Below, piece after piece: positions 59,861 through 64,000 of a DNA stretch of 64,000 bases. The stretch is from an uncultured Dehalococcoidia bacterium (GTDB taxonomy: Bacteria > Chloroflexota > Dehalococcoidia > Lucifugimonadales > GCA-2712585), in the NCBI GenBank assembly GCA_958295715.1, contig OY282371.1:1175261-1239260 (forward strand), read 5' to 3'. A program made the translations under genes and the position numbers. Positions within the stretch are counted from its first letter, which is position 1. Each line of letters begins with the position of its first letter. The notes beneath the pieces are model-generated. The model was not told the DNA's origin. It saw only the letters and a program-made list of their open reading frames with translations, and ran no database searches.

Positions 59861-61007
59861 CCCCTCCCTTGACCAGAGCCGGGGGTATGCCTGCCCGGTT
59901 CGCGTGGCTCAAAGGTCTGATTTCCACGGTGCCAAGGTAGGGCGGCTCTGCCCACCCTCACCTTGCCCCCTCCCCCGACCGGAGCCGGGATACGCTTGCC
60001 CGGTTCGCGGCAGAAGACCAGACGCCAGGGCACACCTGCCCACCCCCACCTTGCTCATCTCCCTCAACCGTAGCCAAGGTACGCCGGCGTGCTTCACCCT
60101 AACCTTGCCCCCCCTCGTCGGGAGCCGGGATACGCTTGCGCGGTTCACGGCGCCCAACGGCGGCGGCTCTGCCCACCCTCACTTTGCCACCCTCCCTTGA
60201 CCGGAGCCGGGGGTATGCTTGCCCGGGCCGGCGCCCAACGGCCCGCCTTCAAAGCGGCACCTAGGAGGGCGTTACAAGCTCAGGCCGGCGCGGGCCGGCG
60301 GCAGAGGGTCAGACGCCAAGGCGGCTCTGCCCACCCCCACCTTGCCCCCCTCCTTTGACTGGAGACGGGGGGATGCCTACGTGGTTCACGGCGCCCAACG
60401 GCCCGCTTTCCACGGCGGCCTCAGCGTAGGGCGGCCCTGTTCACCCTCACCTGCCACCTTCTCCCTCGACCGGAGCCGGGGGTATGCCTGCCCGGTTCAC
60501 GGCAGAAGGCCAGACGCCAGCGTAGGGCGGCTCTGCTCACCCTCACCTTGCCACCTCCCCCTCGACCGGAGCCGGGGGGATGCCTGCGTGGTTCACGGCA
60601 GAAGGCCAGACGCCGGGGTAGGGCGGATCTGCCCACCCCCACCTTGCCACCTCTCCCCCACCGGAGGCGGGGGGATGCCTGCGTGGTTCTCGGCTCCCAA
60701 CGGCCTGTTTTCCACGGCGGCGCCGAGGAGGGCGTTACAAGCCCAGGCCGGCGCGGGCCGGCGGCAGAGGATCCTCTTCCACGGCGGGACCAGGCCGACG
60801 CAGGCCACCAGCAGGACACCCCCTCTCCCTCGTCGGGAGCCGCGGGGATGCCTGCGTGGTTCACGGCGCGCGAAGGCCTGCCTTGCAGCGGCGGCGCCGC
60901 CAAAGGTCTGTTTCCACGGCTCACCCTCACCTTGCCACCCTCCCTTGACCGGAGCCGGGGGATGCCTGCGCGGTTCGCGGCGCCCAACGGCCTGATTTCC
61001 ACGGCGG
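59861..61007. repeat. Degenerate array of ~10 modular ~90-bp units
   Basis: Recurrent CTCTGCCCACCCTCACCTTGCC..GACCGGAGCCGGGGGATGCCTGC..GGTTCACGGC. Confidence 0.85.
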
Positions 61008-61133
61008 TACTGAAAAATGCAGGGCTGAAACAGGATTAGCGTAATAAGGTAACGCGGCGCGTAGCGGGGTGTAGTTAAAGGGTCGACTTCGGAGATGTGT
61101 CTGGTGGAGCATCGGATGGAATGGGAACTTGGT

Positions 61134-61180
61134 AAAAAAGCAAAGCGGCAAGGCTTGTAGTTCGCCTTGCCGCCTTCGCT
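61134..61180 (-). terminator. Rho-independent terminator of the small HTH gene
   Basis: GCGGCAAGGC-N9-GCCTTGCCGC followed by TTTGCTTTTTT on the minus strand. Confidence 0.8.
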
Positions 61181-61201
61181 CGGCAGGTTGAATTTCGACG
61201 G

Positions 61202-61426
61202 TTAGCTCAGGCGCTTGACCTCCAGGGTTTCGCCGGGAGCGAGGGCCACCCTCCTCACGTTGATCCCCATCTTCAGAAGCCAGTAGCTCAGGGTGGCCTT
61301 ACTGACTTTCAGCCTGTTCGCGGTCTCCGTAAGGCCATATTCGTTGACCATTTCAGGGAGAAGCCGCTCTAGGGGACGCCTATGGGTAGTCTCCACGCGC
61401 TGCATAAGTTTGGTCTTCTTGGCCAA
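61202..61426 (-). CDS. Small helix-turn-helix protein
   Basis: LTETANRLKVSKATLSYW HTH; AAGGGGG RBS and TTG start; own promoter and terminator. Confidence 0.8.
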   Translation of the reverse strand: MAKKTKLMQRVETTHRRPLERLLPEMVNEYGLTETANRLKVSKATLSYWLLKMGINVRRVALAPGETLEVKRLS

Positions 61427-61468
61427 AACTACACCCCCTTCAGTCCGTATTTGAACCTGAGTAGGGGG

Positions 61469-61498
61469 ATGATAGCGCTCGTTCTAACCGAATGTCAA
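61469..61498 (-). promoter_or_regulatory. Putative sigma70 promoter of the HTH gene
   Basis: TTGACA-N18-TATCAT on the minus strand, next to an AT-rich tract. Confidence 0.55.
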
Positions 61499-61758
61499 GA
61501 GTATTCGCCAAGATTGTTATAGATTATTTTCAAAAAAGATTAAACTTTGTTTGGAACAGTCCCCTGTAATTAGAACAGCCGGGTTTTGCGGGATACATTT
61601 CTACCTTATGGCCTGATAAGGGGTGTGTAACGGCTCTGGGAAAAGGGTAGTCCGGCGCCGGGGATTTTGGAGCGCCGGTGGAAAGGATACAAGGGTTGCA
61701 TTTTTGCCGCTTCTGCTTGGCGGGGCGCCGGTTGCGGGTGGAGAAGCGAAATAGGGGG

Positions 61759-62309
61759 GTCTGGCGCTCTTGAGGGTGTAGATGATGGCCAGGGGGTTTT
61801 GAAGCGGCTCTAAGGGCCGCCTCTTGCCACCGGATTCCTCACGTGGCACGATTCCCCCAAAACATCGAGGGCTGGCCCTCTTGAGGGTGTAGATGATGGC
61901 TAGGGGCTTTGAAGCGGCTCTAAGGGCCGTGTCTTGCCACCGGATTCCTCACGTGGCACGATTCCCCCCAAACATCAAGGGCTGGCCCTGTTACGGGCGG
62001 TAGATGATGGCCAACGGGCTTTGAAGCGGCTCTAAGGGCCGTGTCTTGCCACCGGATTCCTCACGTGGCACGATTCCCCCCAAACATCAAGGGCTGGCCC
62101 TGTTACGGGCGGTAGATGATGGCCAACGGGCTTTGAAGCGGCTCTAAGGGCCGTGTCTTGCCACCGGATTCCTCACGTGGCACGATTCCCCCCAAACATC
62201 AAGGGCTGGCCCTGTTACGGGCGGTAGATGATGGCCAACGGGCTTTGAAGCGGCTCTAAGGGCCGTGTCTTGCCACCGGATTCCTCACGTGGCACGATTC
62301 CCCCAAAAC
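61759..62309 (+). repeat. 110-112-bp tandem array x5 containing a promoter-like motif
   Basis: GTAGATGATGGC at 61778, 61889, 62000, 62112 and 62224. Confidence 0.95.
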
Positions 62310-62323
62310 ATAGGAGATGAACC

Positions 62324-63328
62324 GTGAAGCTTGGGAAGATACCCCCCGAGATGCTGGAGGATATGCTGGGGCAGGTGAAGCTCACTGACAGCCGCGTTCT
62401 TCTGGGGCCTCGGCTGGGTGAAGACGCCGCCCTCATTGACTACGGAGAGCGGGTCTTGGTGGCCAAAACCGACCCGATAACCTTCGCCACGGACCTGATA
62501 GGCTGGTACGTGGTCCACATCAACGCCAACGACGTCGCCTGCATGGGCGCCAAGCCACGGTGGTTCATGGCCACCCTCCTCTTGCCTCAATCCTCAGACG
62601 AGGCGGGGGTGAGGGACATATTCAAGCAGATAACCGGGGCCTGCGACTCGCTGGGGGTAACCCTGGTGGGCGGTCACACCGAGGTGACGCGCGGGCTTGA
62701 GAGGCCCGTCATAGTGGGTTGCATGTTGGGAGAAGCTGAAAAAGGTAAAATAGTAACCACTTCCGGCGCCAGGATTGGGGATAGCATCGTGCTGACCAAG
62801 GGGATAGCGTTGGAAGGCTCCGCGGCTCTGGCCCGGGAACTGCCCCACGACCTGAGGGCCGCCGGGGTCGCGGAGGTGGCCATAGCTCAGGCCGCCGAGT
62901 TTCTCTTTACGCCGGGGATAAGCGTGGTGCGGGACGCCAGCGTGGCCTGCTCCGCGGCCGAGGCGCACTCCATGCACGACCCGACGGAGGGAGGGTTGGC
63001 CACGGGGCTGCATGAGGTGGCCAAGGCCGCCGGGGTGGGGATGGTTATTGAGGAGGAGCTTATCCCCATCGCTCCCCAGTGCCGCCTCATCTGCGACGCG
63101 CTAGGGCTGGACCCCTTGGGCCTCTTGGCGTCGGGATGCCTGGCGCTAACCCTCTCGCCGCAGGACGCGCCGGGGCTTCTGTCGGCCCTAGAGAAGGCAG
63201 GCGTCCAGGCGTGGGAGATAGGGCGGGTCACCGGAGCGGAGGGAGGCGTTCTTCTGAGGGGACCCGAAGGAGTTAAGCCCATGCCAACCTTCGAACGGGA
63301 TGAGTTGGCCCGCTACCTGGACGGCTAA
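62324..63328 (+). CDS. AIR synthase-related (PurM/HypE-like) protein
   Basis: GEDAA, TDPIT, NAND, GGHTE and MHDPTEGG motifs; AGGAGA RBS. Confidence 0.85.
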   Translation: MKLGKIPPEMLEDMLGQVKLTDSRVLLGPRLGEDAALIDYGERVLVAKTDPITFATDLIGWYVVHINANDVACMGAKPRWFMATLLLPQSSDEAGVRDIFKQITGACDSLGVTLVGGHTEVTRGLERPVIVGCMLGEAEKGKIVTTSGARIGDSIVLTKGIALEGSAALARELPHDLRAAGVAEVAIAQAAEFLFTPGISVVRDASVACSAAEAHSMHDPTEGGLATGLHEVAKAAGVGMVIEEELIPIAPQCRLICDALGLDPLGLLASGCLALTLSPQDAPGLLSALEKAGVQAWEIGRVTGAEGGVLLRGPEGVKPMPTFERDELARYLDG

Positions 63329-63379
63329 GGAACTGTTATGTCAACTTCTGGGGAGGTGTATGCCAAGGCGGGACGGGGC

Positions 63380-63845
63380 AGGGGTTGGCCGGGCTGAACG
63401 TCGACGCGGCCCGCTAGGGACGCCTATACCGGCAATAGCGCGAGTAGGGCGGGGTATTGGGGGATGGATTCCCGCCTGCGCGGGAATGACGGAGAGGAGG
63501 GGTGGATGTAAGGGGGCGATGGTTGGGGCTGAGGTTGGGCTTGGGGCTGAACGCTGACGCATCGCACGAAGGGCTCCTCTCCGGGGATTGATAGGAGTAG
63601 GGCGGGGTATTGGGGGATGGATTCCCGCCTGCGCGGGAATGACGAAAAGGGGGCAGCGGGAATGACGGATAAGAGGGGTGGATGCAAGGGGGCGATGGTT
63701 GGGGCTGAGGTTGGCCGGGCTGAACGCTGACGCATCGCGCGAGGGGATCCTCTCCGGGGATTGGCGGGAGTAGGCCGGGGTATTGGGGGATGGATTCCCG
63801 TTTCCACGAGAATGACGAAAAGGGGGCAGCGGGAATGACGGATAC
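63380..63845 (-). repeat. Palindromic repeat cluster 9 within three larger tandem units
   Basis: GGGGTATTGGGGGATGGATTCCCG..GAATGAC at ~63451, 63604 and 63777, with shared flanks. Confidence 0.9.
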
Positions 63846-64000
63846 AAGGGAATGGCGATTATGTAAAGGTATCGTCTAGGGAGAGGGGGCTTTCCTTCAG
63901 GCGATGCGCCACAAGAACGCCGGCCAGCGAGTCCCCTAGGCATCGTCGTCGGTTTCTATGTTGACGGTGGTAGGCAGTCCCAGACTAGGGCGGCCCCTAG

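Overview
High-GC bacterial chromosome segment, most consistent with Chloroflexota/Dehalococcoidia (SAR202-like). This is inferred from the GEREFALAV tmRNA tag, the Pro/Thr/Ala-stalk lipoprotein binding proteins and the gene order. Core genes: birA, a his operon, a convergent guaA-pur operon, tsaC-pgk-apgM-tpiA-miaA-dapF-dapL-hflX, ctpA-smpB-ssrA, tRNA-Thr(CGT), an Opp/Dpp ABC system and dnaN. An accessory catabolic block at 32.7-47.4 kb holds hydantoinase A/B, a DapA-family lyase, two deaminases, two amidases, two amidohydrolases and a binding protein. No integrase, transposase, reverse transcriptase or cas gene is visible. The unexplained structure is mostly non-coding. (1) Three unrelated genes (hflX, an amidase, oppC) are followed by tandem copies of their own 3' ends, and the copies differ largely at synonymous positions. 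(2) Nine clusters of a modular ATTCCC-N8-GGGAAT palindromic repeat. (3) A five-copy promoter-like array and a separate ~1.1 kb degenerate array upstream of dnaN. Also noted: three apparent pseudoenzymes (SDR, prenyltransferase, S41 protease), two probable non-canonical starts (ATA, ATT), a candidate attenuator before guaA, and an apparent GC-skew switch near ssrA. All calls were made by eye, with no database search.
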